This document shows, piece after piece, positions 11,887 to 23,895 of a stretch of 41,906 bases of DNA. Both the position numbers and the translations under genes were made by a program. Source of the stretch: Octopus bimaculoides (lineage: Eukaryota); contig NC_069003.1 of assembly GCF_001194135.2 (NCBI RefSeq), positions 26,551,961-26,593,866 of the forward strand, given 5' to 3'. The notes beneath the pieces are model-generated. The model made no database searches. It saw only the letters and a program-made list of their open reading frames with translations, and was not told where the DNA came from. How positions within the stretch are numbered: position 1 is the stretch's first letter; each line of letters opens with the position of its first letter.

Positions 11887-12289
11887 AAAGTAAGAGACAA
11901 GATGGAGATAAGATTAATAAAAGTTTATAATCATTGGCAAGACCAGACCTACAATTGTTTCAAATCATCACTTCCAGCATAAAAATTAATCAAATTTAAT
12001 TTAACTAAATTAATTTGGTGAGCTACTACAAGTGAGAAATATCTTCAGGGAAGGATGCACAAAGAAATTTATTATATATAAAGCAAAATAAAAACATGAA
12101 AACGGGAAGAATACAGTGTAGCATTATAGTTAAAAATATATATACCCAGTTATAAAAATAGATACAGTTATGAAAAAATATAGTTAGTCATAAATTAATA
12201 TAAATAATGATAATGCAGACATATCTATGCAAAATATGAAAATAGTGATGATGTGTTAAATTATGGGACTAGAAAAGTGAAATAATTAG

Positions 12290-12335
<46 letters not shown>

Positions 12336-12339
<4 letters not shown>

Positions 12340-12687
12340 AGGAGTGGGTGTGTGGTAAGTAGCTTGATTACCAACCACATGGTTCTGGGTTCAGTCCCAC
12401 TATGTGGCACCTTGGACAAGTGTCTTCTACTATAGCCTCGGGCCAACCAAAGCCTTGTGAGTGGATTTGGTAGACGGAAACTGAAAGAAGCCCGTCGTAT
12501 ATATGTATATATATATATGTATGTANNNNNNNNNNNNNNNNNNNNNNNNNNNNNNNNNNNNNNNNNNNNNNNNNNNNNNNNNNNNNNNNNNNNNNNNNNN
12601 NNNNNNNNNNNNNNNNNNNNNNNNNNNNNNNNNNNNNNNNNNNNNNNNNNNNNNNNNNNNNNNNNNNNNNNNNNNNNNNNNNNNNNN

Positions 12688-12724
<37 letters not shown>

Positions 12725-12915
12725 TATTAGGTGTACATATATATATATATTTAGTAACAAAATGAGGAAAAGAGATCCCTCAAATTGGTGTGTTTAACAT
12801 CCAATTCACTGGTACGTCAGTTGAATACTATATAAATATATATAGGTATAATGTTAAACAGCCTTCTGGGCAGTGCCCCAGCCTGACCGCAGTCTAAAGA
12901 CCGAAGCAAGTTAAA
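12336..12915 (+). mobile_element. SINE family A spanning a gap
   Basis: Head at 12336-12500; degenerate 3' part at 12780-12915. Confidence 0.75.
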
Positions 12916-12939
12916 AAGACAGAAGACAGAAGGTAAAAA

Positions 12940-13720
12940 AAAATGACAGCAGCAGCAACAACAACAATAATTATAGCAAGATGAAGGATGGAACAATGAC
13001 AAGGGCAAGGAATATTAAAAGAAGGTGGGGGGGGGGTAGAAGGAAGGAAGTTGCAAGAGGAAAAGGAATGTGGGGGGTTGGGAATAGATGAATGGGGGGT
13101 AAAGGTAGTGGGTGGAGGAGGAGGTTATAGGGATCCAGGGTGGGGATAATGGCATTGTGTGACAGTGGTAAGAGCTCATTGCTACAACCATCATCAGCAC
13201 TGTCATCGTACTTGCTACCACCAACACCGTTGCTACCACCATCGATGCATAATTACAATACCATCACTGTTGCCTTGGCAACCAATCATTGCCAACATCG
13301 CCACCATTACCATCACTCCAGCTACTAACATCACTAGCCATACCACTACCGTTGTCACCATCACCACTACCACCACCACCACTACCACAACTACCTTCAC
13401 CACTACTATCATCATCACCATAACCATTGCCCCCACTACTGCTATTGCCACCACCACCACCACCATCGCAGCCATCACCACCCACACCACATTCACTACC
13501 ATCACCATCACTACAACCATTACTGCTTTCGTCACTATTGTTACCACCATGAAAATCATCAGCTCCACCCTCCCCTCTACCATTACCACCATGTCCTACC
13601 ACCACCACCACCATCACTTCAACCATCACATCCCACCATCATTGTCATTACCACTAATTCCAACATCACCATCATTATCATTATCATCACCATCTTCATC
13701 ACCACAATCACCACCATCGG
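12940..13720. repeat. Cryptically simple (CAC/CAT/ACT)n low-complexity tract preceded by a G-rich stretch
   Basis: Degenerate trinucleotide repeats; produces spurious T/H/V-rich ORFs. Confidence 0.9.
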
Positions 13721-13721
13721 C

Positions 13722-15108
13722 CAAACCCTATCTGGATTTTAGATTTTCAAGTAATTTATCAACTCCCTATATATTACATACGTGACACTATTCTCGGGAC
13801 ATTCATAATGAATATCACTACACATACATACAAACATATACATGCATGCATGTATATACATACATACATGCATACCTGCATGCATACATACATACATACA
13901 TAAACACCAACTCAAGGAATACTGGTGGAATATTCCCATCAAAACTACTGTCAAATGTAAGTATAACAGGCTGGATATTGTTGTTTGGGTCAGAGAAACA
14001 AGGGTATGTACTATCATAGAGGTTAGCTGCCCTGCAGGTATAAATATCTTTTTGAAAATCAAAGAAAAAGAAGATATCTATGGACAACTGCTTCGAAACC
14101 TCCAGATTCTATATCCAGTCTATGAATTCATATTCATACCAATAATAATTGAAGCACTAAGTTTTGTTAGTAACTGCTTAAAGGAGAATCTGGATAAATT
14201 GGGATTTTCAGAAAGAGAAATCGACCGGCTGATTCGTACATTACAAGTGCAGTCTGTGAGTGGAACCGGAAAAAATATGCAAGACTTTTCTCAAGTTCCA
14301 AATGTGAAATTGTCTGTGTTAACTACATCTCAAAGATGGCGCTTTGTATCTTTGTTGGAAACCAGCTCCCTCCTCAGTGGAATATTTATAATAATTAAAA
14401 ATTAGAACATACATACATACATAAATACAGATATACAATTTTGGGGAGAGAATGCAAATTATCAATTCATATGCTACAAATGATCGTGATATCTGGGACA
14501 ATAAAAGTCTACAAGACTTTCTTAAGATTTAAAGGATGATGGTTAAGAAAAGATGCTTTCCTTCACAACCTTGCTACCAAGTAGGTGACCTGTCAGAATT
14601 TACTCTAAATTAAAAAGAGAAAGCAAAGTACACACACACACACATTCATATGTTGGATCTACTATACCAAGAGATCGCCCACATCATCAGCAGCTGCCTC
14701 AAAATGTCTAGGAGATACTACCTGCCCCTGAGGTATGAAATAGCTGCAACGACTATTTACAATGCTATTCACAAGAAGGATTTGCCCTGATGTATACATC
14801 AAAGGCATGATAGAACCAGCATGTATTCATATCTTTAAAAAAACAAGGAATGCTGTTGGAGTACGCCATTAAAAACAGCGACTCATTCAGTGCAAACCTA
14901 ACAGACCCGATATTGTTCTGTGGGACAGGGAACAAAACCCATTCACTGTTCTAGAGGTCAGCTGCCCAGCAGATGTGAGTGTTCAGTCAAATGTCCAGAA
15001 AAAGAGAATATTTATGGTGAATTAATGTGAAACTTACAACACTTGTACCCTGACTATAAATTCTCATTTGTACATATCATCTTTGGTGCATTAGGTTACA
15101 TAACTACA

Positions 15109-15153
<45 letters not shown>

Positions 15154-15300
15154 AAAACTAAAAATAATAGGTTTTTCGAAGAAAGAGCAAAGCTAACGCG
15201 GATTCTCCAAATTCAATTTATCAGTGGCACAGAGAAAATTTGTAAGACATTCCAAAGATTCTCCATCTGAGATTCTTCAGATGATTAGATGAACACACTT
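13722..15300 (+). mobile_element. Cluster of R4/Dong-like (restriction-like endonuclease) non-LTR retrotransposon 3' fragments
   Basis: EYWWNIPIKT..CKYNRLDIV..W...IIEVSCPA (13915-14310). Second copy about 14645-15270 with HIISSCLKMSRRYYLPLR (zinc-knuckle region) and RPDIVLWD..LEVSCPA. A third terminal scrap at about 14470-14550. Frameshifts and stops throughout. Confidence 0.75.
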
Positions 15301-15679
15301 GGGTGTGTGTGTATCAACAGCTCAACCAACACACGAGCTCAACCACATTTACAAATACCAGGAACTCTCTTAACTCAAAATGTCTTGTCACTTTGTTAGC
15401 GACTGGCTTGAAGTCTCTTAAGAATTTAAATAAAACTCAAAGAAAAAACATACATATATGCATATGAATGTGTGTGTGTAAGAAATCTACTTCTAGCCCA
15501 AAGGCTCATAAAGGTGTACCTTATCTGGATTTCCAATGTGTTTAGGTATGAGAAACACTTACAAACCCCTGAATGGTAAGCCAGACCATCATAGAGTTAA
15601 CTCTCCAGAAGTTGCTAATTGTCATAAATTACCAGCAGTAATTGTGATTGATTAAATCGACTATATCTTCATTTCAGAG

Positions 15680-16024
15680 TCCCAGCACTAACTTTTTTTA
15701 AAGCCCAGTACTTATTCTATCGTTCTCATTTGCGTAACTGCTAAGTTACGGATGTAAACACACCAACATCGTCTATCAAGCGGTGGTGGGGGTCAAACAC
15801 AGACAAAAAGACACGCGCATAGATACATACATATACAAATGTGTGTGTGTGTGTGTGTGTATGTATACGACGGGCTCCTTTCAGTTTCCGTCTACCAAAT
15901 CCACTCACAAGTCTTTGGTCGGCCCGAAGCTATAGTAGAAGATACTTACTTAAGGCTCTACGCAGTGGGACTGAACCTGGAATCATGTGGTTGGGAAGCA
16001 AGCTTCTTACCACGCAGCCACGCC
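15680..16024 (-). mobile_element. SINE family A
   Basis: Homologous to the other family A copies. Confidence 0.85.
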
Positions 16025-16279
16025 TATTTTGTAATAGGAATAATGTTGCCAGTGACTACGAAGTTTCAGTAGGTTTAGCCATCCTAGGATTGTAGATGAA
16101 GGCGAAGTTAACCAAAAGTTGTTAAAGAATTACATGTACACTGCAAAAAATATTGAGTAATCTTTCAGTTTAATGTAAATTTGTTTTTATTGTAACGCGA
16201 AACAGATACAAACATTTATATAGTAATAAAAATGGCTAGACAGATAGATGGATAGATATATAGACAGATGGATGGATAG

Positions 16280-16332
<53 letters not shown>

Positions 16333-16504
16333 CAGATAGATAGATAGACAGATAGATAGATAGAGAGAGAGATAATGGTTATGTATTCATGTGCATCCAA
16401 AGTGAGAGAAAGGGAGTGAAACATAGTAAAAGTGAAAAAGTGAAAGAAAGAAAAAGTGAAGGAAAGGAAGAGAAAATATCAGCTTCAAATTTTAGCACAA
16501 CTTT

Positions 16505-16858
16505 AAGGGAGATCGTAAGTCGGTTACGTTGACTCCAGTGCTTAACTGGTACTTATTTCATAGACCCCGAAAGGATGATAGCCAAAGTTGACCGCCCGGC
16601 GGTATTTGAACTCAGAACGTTAAGTCGAAAGAAATGCATCGCTTTCCCAGCCCAGTAACTTTTCTACCAGTTAAAACTGAGAGAGGAAAGGGTGATGTAG
16701 AGAGAAAACGGAGTATGAGTGTGTATGCAAAGCATGATACGTGAGTCAGGACGTTTAAGCTCAATGATTTTTAAATGAAAGATAAACAGAAACTTGGTAC
16801 GCATCCAAAGCGGATGGAGTACACGTTTTAACTCATAGACTTGATCTTCTTCGCACTC

Positions 16859-16895
<37 letters not shown>

Positions 16896-17075
16896 ATTTC
16901 TTTATTACCCACAAGGGGCTAAACATAGAGGGGACAGACAAACGGATTAAGTCGATTATATCGACCCCAGTTGCGTAACTGGTACTTATTTAATCCAACC
17001 CGAAAGGATGAAAGGCAAAGTCGACCTAGGCGGAATTTGAACTCAGAACGTAGCGGCAGACGAAATGCCGCTATC
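16505..17075 (-). mobile_element. Two SINE family B copies (about 16505-16665 and 16895-17075)
   Basis: GGTACTTATTT..CCCGAAAGGATGA..GTCGAC..ATTTGAACTCAGAACGT. Confidence 0.8.
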
Positions 17076-17527
17076 TATCTATCTATCAGAATGTATAGCT
17101 GACGTCAGTAGGGTTTGAACTCGGCATGCAAAGAGCCGTAACTAACTGTATTTAAACCAACATTCTACTGACTCATCTACTGAGTCATCCAGTGAACTGA
17201 GCTTCCTAAAAATCCTGATTTAAATAAACCAGATGTAGAGCCCCATATCAGCCCCGACTTAGCAGACCCTTGATTAAGAATCTCGCACTACATTATTTTA
17301 TGTAGTCTTTCTTGGCTGCTATTTCTAGCAGTCTATTGATTACATAGAACATACAGGGGCAACCTTTCTTTCTTTATATTTTTTTTGAGAAGCGAGCTGC
17401 ATGAGACATGACTCATCGTTAGGCGGGTCACACGAATGAAAAAAAATTGAGGGTAATGTTTCGTTAAGCTGCAGTTGGCCCATGACTGCCCTGCATCTTA
17501 CCTCGTTGACGAGGGAAGCTTCCAAAA

Positions 17528-18253
17528 CAGTGTTTCCCAACCTATTTTCCCCCGGTGCCCCACTATAATTTCCCAGAAAAATGTATGTCTCACCGGTAGT
17601 TGGAAAAGAACAACTTTATTTCTAATATTTTATCACAATAATCTCATACAAAATAACCTACCGGTAACTCTTTTATTAAGTACTGAGTACAAAGAAAAGT
17701 ATATTCTTATACTCTTTTACTTGTTTCACTCATTTGACTGTGGTCATGCTGGAGAACCGCCTTTAGTCGAGCAAATTGACCCCAGGACTTTTTCTTTGTA
17801 AACCTAGTACTTATTGTATCAGTCGCTTATGCCGAACCTCTAAGTTACGGGGACGTAAACACACCACCATCGGTTGTCAAGCGATGTTGGGGGGGACAAA
17901 CACAGACACACAAACATATACACACACATACATATATATGTATACATATATACGACAGGCTTCTTTCAGTTTCCGTCTACCAAATCCACTCACAAGGCTT
18001 TGGTCGGCCCGAGGCTATAGTAGAAAACACTTGCCCAAGATGCCACGCGATGGGACTGAACCTGGAACCATGTGGTTTGTAAGCAAGCTACTTACCACAC
18101 AGCCACTCCTACGCCTATATTATTGACTAAAAAAAATATATTTTCACAATTCCATGTCCCACTAAAAAAAAGAACAAAAATTTGGCTCCTACGCTCCACC
18201 ACAAATGCCCCAAGCACCACCGGTGGGGCATATGCCCGAGTTAGTAATCACTG
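17528..18253. mobile_element. Possible hAT (Charlie-like) MITE interrupted by a SINE
   Basis: Ends CAGTGTTTCCCAACC ... GTTAGTAATCACTG; flanking 8-mers do not match well. Confidence 0.35.
17712..18115 (-). mobile_element. SINE family A, full length
   Basis: Homologous to the other family A copies. Confidence 0.85.
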
Positions 18254-19362
18254 CTCTGTAGCGTTACGGTAATTTTAGTAGTTACTTCCCTTCTGTTATT
18301 TCCTTAATTCAATAATTCTTCCGCGAATGGAGCCAATCCATTTCTTAAGCTTACAAGAGAATTCGCTGCCGAGAATGCATATTTTGTTTTGTTACTGACT
18401 TTGTTCTTTCTCCTCGATCCTAATAAGCAGATAATTGTTTTGTTACTCTACGATCTGAGTCAACAATGATTCGTTACTTTTGACCATTTTATAAATAGAA
18501 CCGAACTGGCTAGGACATTCAATCAGATGGACTAGAAATTACCTGCTATTTCTGCTAGTTTCAATTTTTGAAAGTGTAGTAAATTCTTTCAATAGCCAAT
18601 ATTTATTTATTTGTTTATTTTCGCTGCTCTAAGATGGTGAAGAAAAGAAAGTGGAATGGGGAATACATTCATTTTAGATTCGCGTGAATAACCGAAAAGA
18701 GAGCTAAGAACTGAGACCACTTTGTTTTTATGTGTTCAGTAATATCAGGGCTGGATTAAGATCCACAGAGGCCCTCAGTACAGGGTGTGGCAGTTATACC
18801 CTCCCACATTTTAAACTTTCACCTATATGTTGCTAATGGAATTATGCAAGTGCCAATGATGTTTTCATTTAGCTAATGAACAAAAACTGCAACCCTTTGT
18901 TTAGACAACAGTAAAATAAATTTTTCATAAATGCTATTTCTTTTCCCTTTTGTCAACCTTTCAAATGTGGGAGGTATTTCTGCTGCACCCTGTACTTGAA
19001 AGATTTTGGTCCCCCGCCCCCATATATATGTAATTCAAAATATAAACAATTATACGCCATAAAATAAATTTTCATTTTTCAACATGAAACAAAGCTAACA
19101 GTAAGATGGAAAATAATGTTTAGTTTTGTATAATTTCACTTTATTTATATTTGAAATAATTTCTCCTACTTTTTTTTTTTTATTGCAAGGTCTTTGATCA
19201 AATCCTTGCCATGAACACTTCGAAATTATACTTCCGATCATATAAACCACTACGAATATTATTTTAGCAGGTTTAAAGTGATTTATTTTTGCCGTAAACC
19301 ATTTACCATTTCTGTGGTGTCTGCCACATCTTCCCTTGATGGCCTAAGTATGTGCTTATTTT

Positions 19363-20165
19363 CAAACCTGGACACCAAACCGTTAATCTATTAATCGTTA
19401 ATTAACGAAGTCAACATTTTCGTTAATGATTTAACTTTTAAGTTAACTTAGGAAATCATTATCGGACTAATTAATTTCTGTTACATTTTATTGGGTTGTC
19501 CGGAAAGTTCATGCCGATTTTTAAAGGAAAGAAAAAGGTCAATAAATACTTGCCATTACATTTTTAATCAACCAAATATGAACCATTTTGTTGCACAATG
19601 CGTCTCCATCTTTCCTTTAACTTGAAAATACCCTCTTCCCAGAATTGAGGTGGTTTCATGGCAAATAAGTCGAAAGGTAAGCTACTATAAATTAGCATGG
19701 ACTTTCCGGACAACCCAATACATTTAATTTCCATTATATTTATCAATAAACTTTTTTTTTAGTTTAATACTAATATTTGAGATTTTTTTACGCTTTACTG
19801 GCTCTAAACCTTTAAAAACCTTTAAAAAAACGGGGGGACAAAACTAAAAAATCAGCCTTTTTTTAGGTCTTTTAAAAGTTAAAACTATAAAATCAGCCTT
19901 TTAAACTCTAAAGCAAAAAATATATATATATATATAGTTTTGGGGTTCTAAAACCCTTAAAAAGGACAAAGAAGGCTGATTTTATAGTTTTGGTACTTTT
20001 TAAAGGTGGTTTTTGAGCAAAAACTGAATTTTTATTGTTATCAAAAACTTCGGTTACATTTTTTTTTTAAAGAATTAACTGATTAACGGTTATTGAAGTT
20101 GACTTTTTGGTTAACGGATTAACGATTAATGAAGCTAATTTTTCGATTAGTGGTGCCCACCTTTG
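19363..20165. mobile_element. Second hAT-like MITE nested in the first
   Basis: TIRs CAAACCTGGACACC / revcomp CAAAGGTGGGCACC with subterminal GTTAATC repeats; 8-bp TSD CTTATTTT / TTTATTTT. Confidence 0.65.
19491..19718 (-). mobile_element. Mariner-derived MITE (innermost element of the nest)
   Basis: TIRs TTGGGTTGTCCGGAAAGT.CATGC, TA TSD; internal FWEEGIFKLKERWRRIVQQNGSYL is a mariner transposase C-terminus. Confidence 0.9.
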
Positions 20166-20924
20166 TTTATTTTACTTAATGGTCAATCCAGCGCTGAGTG
20201 ATATCATCGAATGTAGATTTAACACCATCTAAGTTTGACGAATATTTCCTTATAAAACATGATAGTAGAGTAGATGGAAGAGAAGTGGACTCCGTTTTGC
20301 TCATAAAGTAACTCTCACCAAAGCTGAAGCTTGTTCCAATCAAGAAAAGTTTGCTTCAAGCATCATATCAAATTGCCAACGTCTATGAGACATGGTGTAG
20401 AGGGTACGTCATAGTCAGGGGTGGGAATTTCTTCGGACTTTTACAAAATGTTTTCATTTGAAGACTAATCACATGGTTTTGAGTTCAGAACACACCGTGT
20501 GGCACCTTGCACAAGTGTCTTCTACTATAATCTCGGACCGATCAAAGCCTTGTGAATAGATGTGTTAGACTGAAATTAGATGTGTTAGACTGAATTATTC
20601 TGGGTAAAGGGGTGGGAAAGAAAGTACATAATGCAAATCAGAAGCAGGTACATGGACCAATATATCTCGGAGGAAGTGATTGATGACATCGAGAAATGGC
20701 TTGTGAAAATATCAGTTTGATAAATCAAGAAATGCTTTCAACTGTAACCAAGTGATTTCTCTGACCCGATATGTCAAGCCTGAACAGCTGATAAAGCATG
20801 TTTTACATTGTGGATTGGATCACAAATGTTACACAATCTGGTAAACTACTTTTTCGTCAGCCATAGATACACACTATTAATTCCAGATATAGTGCTGCAA
20901 CACTAGCTACAGTGGAGGTGGTTG

Positions 20925-21145
20925 TAAGGCAGTAAGCTGGCAGAAACGTTGGCATGCCGGGCGAAATGCTTAGCGGTATTTCGTCTGTCTTTACATTCTG
21001 AGTTCAAATTCCGCCGAGGTCGACTTTGTCTTTCACCTTTTCGGAGTCGATAAATTAAGTACCAGTTGTGTACTGGAGTCGATCTAATCGACTGGCCTCC
21101 TCCCCCAAAATTTCGGGCTTTGTGCTTAGAGTAGAAAAGTATATT
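20925..21145 (+). mobile_element. SINE family B
   Basis: Full head, core and tail; the same tail occurs at about 5545-5655 ending in (ATT)n. Confidence 0.85.
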
Positions 21146-21357
21146 GGAGGTGGTTGTGGTGGTGGGTCAATCCGGATTGATTTATACATATCTTTGGTCC
21201 CATATGTAATGAAGCTGTACTCATGAGACGGAAGATTCCTCACCTATATGTATTCCATATCGGTTACTCTACTGATAAGCATAGCTGTGAAAATCTTACC
21301 TTGGAATATGTAAAAAGAAAAAAAAATTGACTACTTGTGAAAAGATTCTTCAAATCA

Positions 21358-22145
21358 TCGGCACAGGTGTGGGTGTGTAGCTGTTTCCCAACCATATGGT
21401 TTTGGATTCAGTCCCACTGTGTGGAATCTTGGGCAAGTGTCTTCTACTATAGCTCTGAGTTGACCAAAAACTTTGTGAATGGGTTTTGGTAGACAGAAAG
21501 TGAAAGAAGCCCGTCATATATATATGTATAGAGACATTTATGTTTCTGTGTCTGTGTTTGCGCCCCCGACACACGCACACTGCTTGACAACTGGTGTTGG
21601 TGTGTTTATGTTCCTGTGACCTAGTGGTTACTTTTCTGTTAGAAATTTGGACGCCAGCAGGTGCTGGCTATAAGAACCCTCTGGACTTCAAAGAGAGTAA
21701 TAAGCCTGCCGTAGATCTTTAGAAAAAAGACATCACTGACAGAAATGGAGAGAAAAAAAGAAAAGAAAAAGAAAAATGAAATCTCAAGCAGCAGAAATAG
21801 ATTTTTCAGTAAAGTTGCTAGAAAATTGACGGGATTAATTGAAGTATTTCTTCTACTTGCAACTATCTACTGTAGTTGAGAAGCCTGCTTCCCAACTATG
21901 TGATTTTGTGTTCAATCCCACTGCTCAACACCTTGGCCAAGTGTTTTCTACTTTAACCTCAATCTGACTAAAGCATTGAGTGCATTTAGTAGACAAAAAC
22001 TGAAAGAAGTCTGTCGCATGTGTGTGTGTGTGTGTGTGTGTGTTTTGTATTTGTCCTTTACCGATACCTGACAATCGGAATTGATTTGTTTGCATCCCTG
22101 TAACTTAGTAGTTTCTGCAAAAGAAATCGATAGAATAAGTAACAG
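21358..22145 (+). mobile_element. Two degenerate SINE family A copies (about 21358-21630 and 21875-22145)
   Basis: GCAAGTGTCTTCTACTATAGC...AAACTGAAAGAAG core in both. Confidence 0.75.
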
Positions 22146-22199
22146 ATTTCCAATTAAAAACAAAAACAAAAAAATAGTACACTAATTTCCCTGGCTACC

Positions 22200-23130
22200 T
22201 CAGAGATTTAATCTCAGTCCACTCAACAGGTAAGGAACACGACTGCTCCAATAGACAGACTTTGTGTGGATCTTCCCAGCCATCCTTAAGACCTTCTCTT
22301 CTTAGCCAACATGGCTGCGCCGAAGAAGGCTAGGGACATCTGTCCAATAGCAGTTGGCAACGACTTGTAGCCAGGAATGCATTTGGACCAGTCAGGGGTG
22401 GTCTGAGTGATGGAAGCTAAGCCCTGTTCAGTTTGACGTGGGAGTCAAGTGTGGATGTGACGCTGCTGCCCATGTGACCAGATATATACATCACCCTCTT
22501 TACTTTGCTTCCTGCTGAAGCTGGAATAAAAAAGAAATGCCATCAACAGTTTTAGGTGGGACGCCATCTTAGCATGTATCTAAGACGTGCCTCCTCATTA
22601 TACCCACTTGCATCCTTCTCCTGTGGAACACCCAGCATAATTATGGCTGCTGACAGCAGGGTCGCTCCTTCCACGGGTATTCAGCAGGGTGACCCTCTTG
22701 GTCTGCCCCTTTTAGCATTGGTTGTCGATAATGTTATCTGATCGGTCCACTTACTCTTTAATGTCTGGTACCTGGACGACACAGTGCTGGGTGGCTCGGC
22801 TGAGTCCATAGTTGAGGCCCTTCAGCAGGTCATTAAAACCCCAAAATTCCTTGGGTTTGAAGTCAACCTGTCAAAAGCGAAAGCAATAATGGTGAGGCCG
22901 AGTTCCAGGATGCCGTACTTAGCATCCAGCCCATTTTGGCAGTGGTTCGGCTGTCACCAAGGGACGCCGTTTGCATTCTTGACTCTACATCTTCCCAAAA
23001 GGCATAAAAAAAAGTGCCTGGAGACCAAGTTTGCAGACTTATATAGGATGACTGAAGGGTAGCCCCTCATTAGTACGCATCCGGTGCTTTTTCTCTTGAG
23101 AAATTACTCTGTCCCACCTCAGATCCTTTC
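22200..23130 (+). mobile_element. Decayed reverse-transcriptase fragment, CRE-clade-like non-LTR retrotransposon
   Basis: Frameshifted pieces read KKARDICPIAVGN, QFDVGVKCGCDAAAH, GIQQGDPLG.PL and FNVWYLDDTVLGG (RT YxDD motif), in the order typical of CRE-like RTs. Confidence 0.7.
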
Positions 23131-23676
23131 CTCGGATTCCTCAACACGCCGTTCTGGATTATGTCGTTCAGAACGGCGTGTCGAGGAATTTGTCACGTTT
23201 GGAACGCTATTAAAAGGCAGTACGGTCACGGCTGGAACTCCTTGAAGAAAGACGCATGTTTTCGCGCATCCATGCATAAATGAATTGGATTTCCATTTTG
23301 AAAATTTTCCTTTCAGACACTAAACAACAGAATAACCTTTCACAGTTGATCAACCCCATCTGAGAGAGAGAGAGAGAAAGGAAGAGAGGGAGAGGGCGAG
23401 AGAGATAGAGAGTAGGGGAGAGAGATAGAGAGTGGGGGAGAGAGAGANNNNNNNNNNNNNNNNNNNNNNNNNNNNNNNNNNNNNNNNNNNNNNNNNNNNN
23501 NNNNNNNNNNNNNNNNNNNNNNNNNNNNNNNNNNNNNNNNNNNNNNNNNNNNNNNNNNNNNNNNNNNNNNNNNNNNNNNNNNNNNNNNNNNNNNNNNNNN
23601 NNNNNNNNNNNNNNNNNNNNNNNNNNNNNGAGAGAGAAAGAGGGAGAGGGAAGGGGAGAGAGAGGGAGAGGGAAGA

Positions 23677-23717
<41 letters not shown>

Positions 23718-23786
23718 TAAGACTTGACAGACAGACAGATAAGACAGAGCGAGCGAGAGAGTTGCATTTACTGCAGAGTTGGAGCA

Positions 23787-23833
23787 ACTTCCGGTAACTC
23801 AACTTCCGCCATCTGTGGGTTCGTCTCCACGTG
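23787..23833 (+). promoter_or_regulatory. Bystin core promoter motifs: ETS (ACTTCCGG), ETS/YY1-like (ACTTCCGCCATCT), E-box CACGTG
   Basis: ACTTCCGG 23787-23794, ACTTCCGCCATCT 23802-23814 and CACGTG 23828-23833, all 60-110 nt upstream of the ATG. Typical of housekeeping and ribosome-biogenesis promoters. Confidence 0.55.
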
Positions 23834-23895
23834 CCTATGATTTCAGGAAAAAAGTTTTCTTGTTTTTAATATTTCTTGATCAACACTTCGCAGTA

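Larger units (their letters stand above)
18746..20196. mobile_element. hAT-like non-autonomous element (outer element of a nest)
   Basis: TIRs CAGGGCTGGATTAA / revcomp CAGCGCTGGATTGA; 8-bp TSD AGTAATAT / AGTGATAT. Confidence 0.75.

Noticed and set aside
12336-12410. tRNA-like A/B boxes in SINE heads as true tRNA genes
   Set aside because: They continue into multi-copy SINE bodies and lack a complete cloverleaf.
13015-13785. Long T/H/V-rich ORFs on both strands (mucin-like look)
   Set aside because: Produced by the degenerate (CAC/CAT) microsatellite; open in several frames and on both strands.
8200-23780. Shared bidirectional promoter for pumilio and bystin
   Set aside because: The two inferred starts are about 15 kb apart and separated by TEs; no sequence evidence for a pumilio exon near 23.7 kb, although a distant non-coding exon cannot be excluded.
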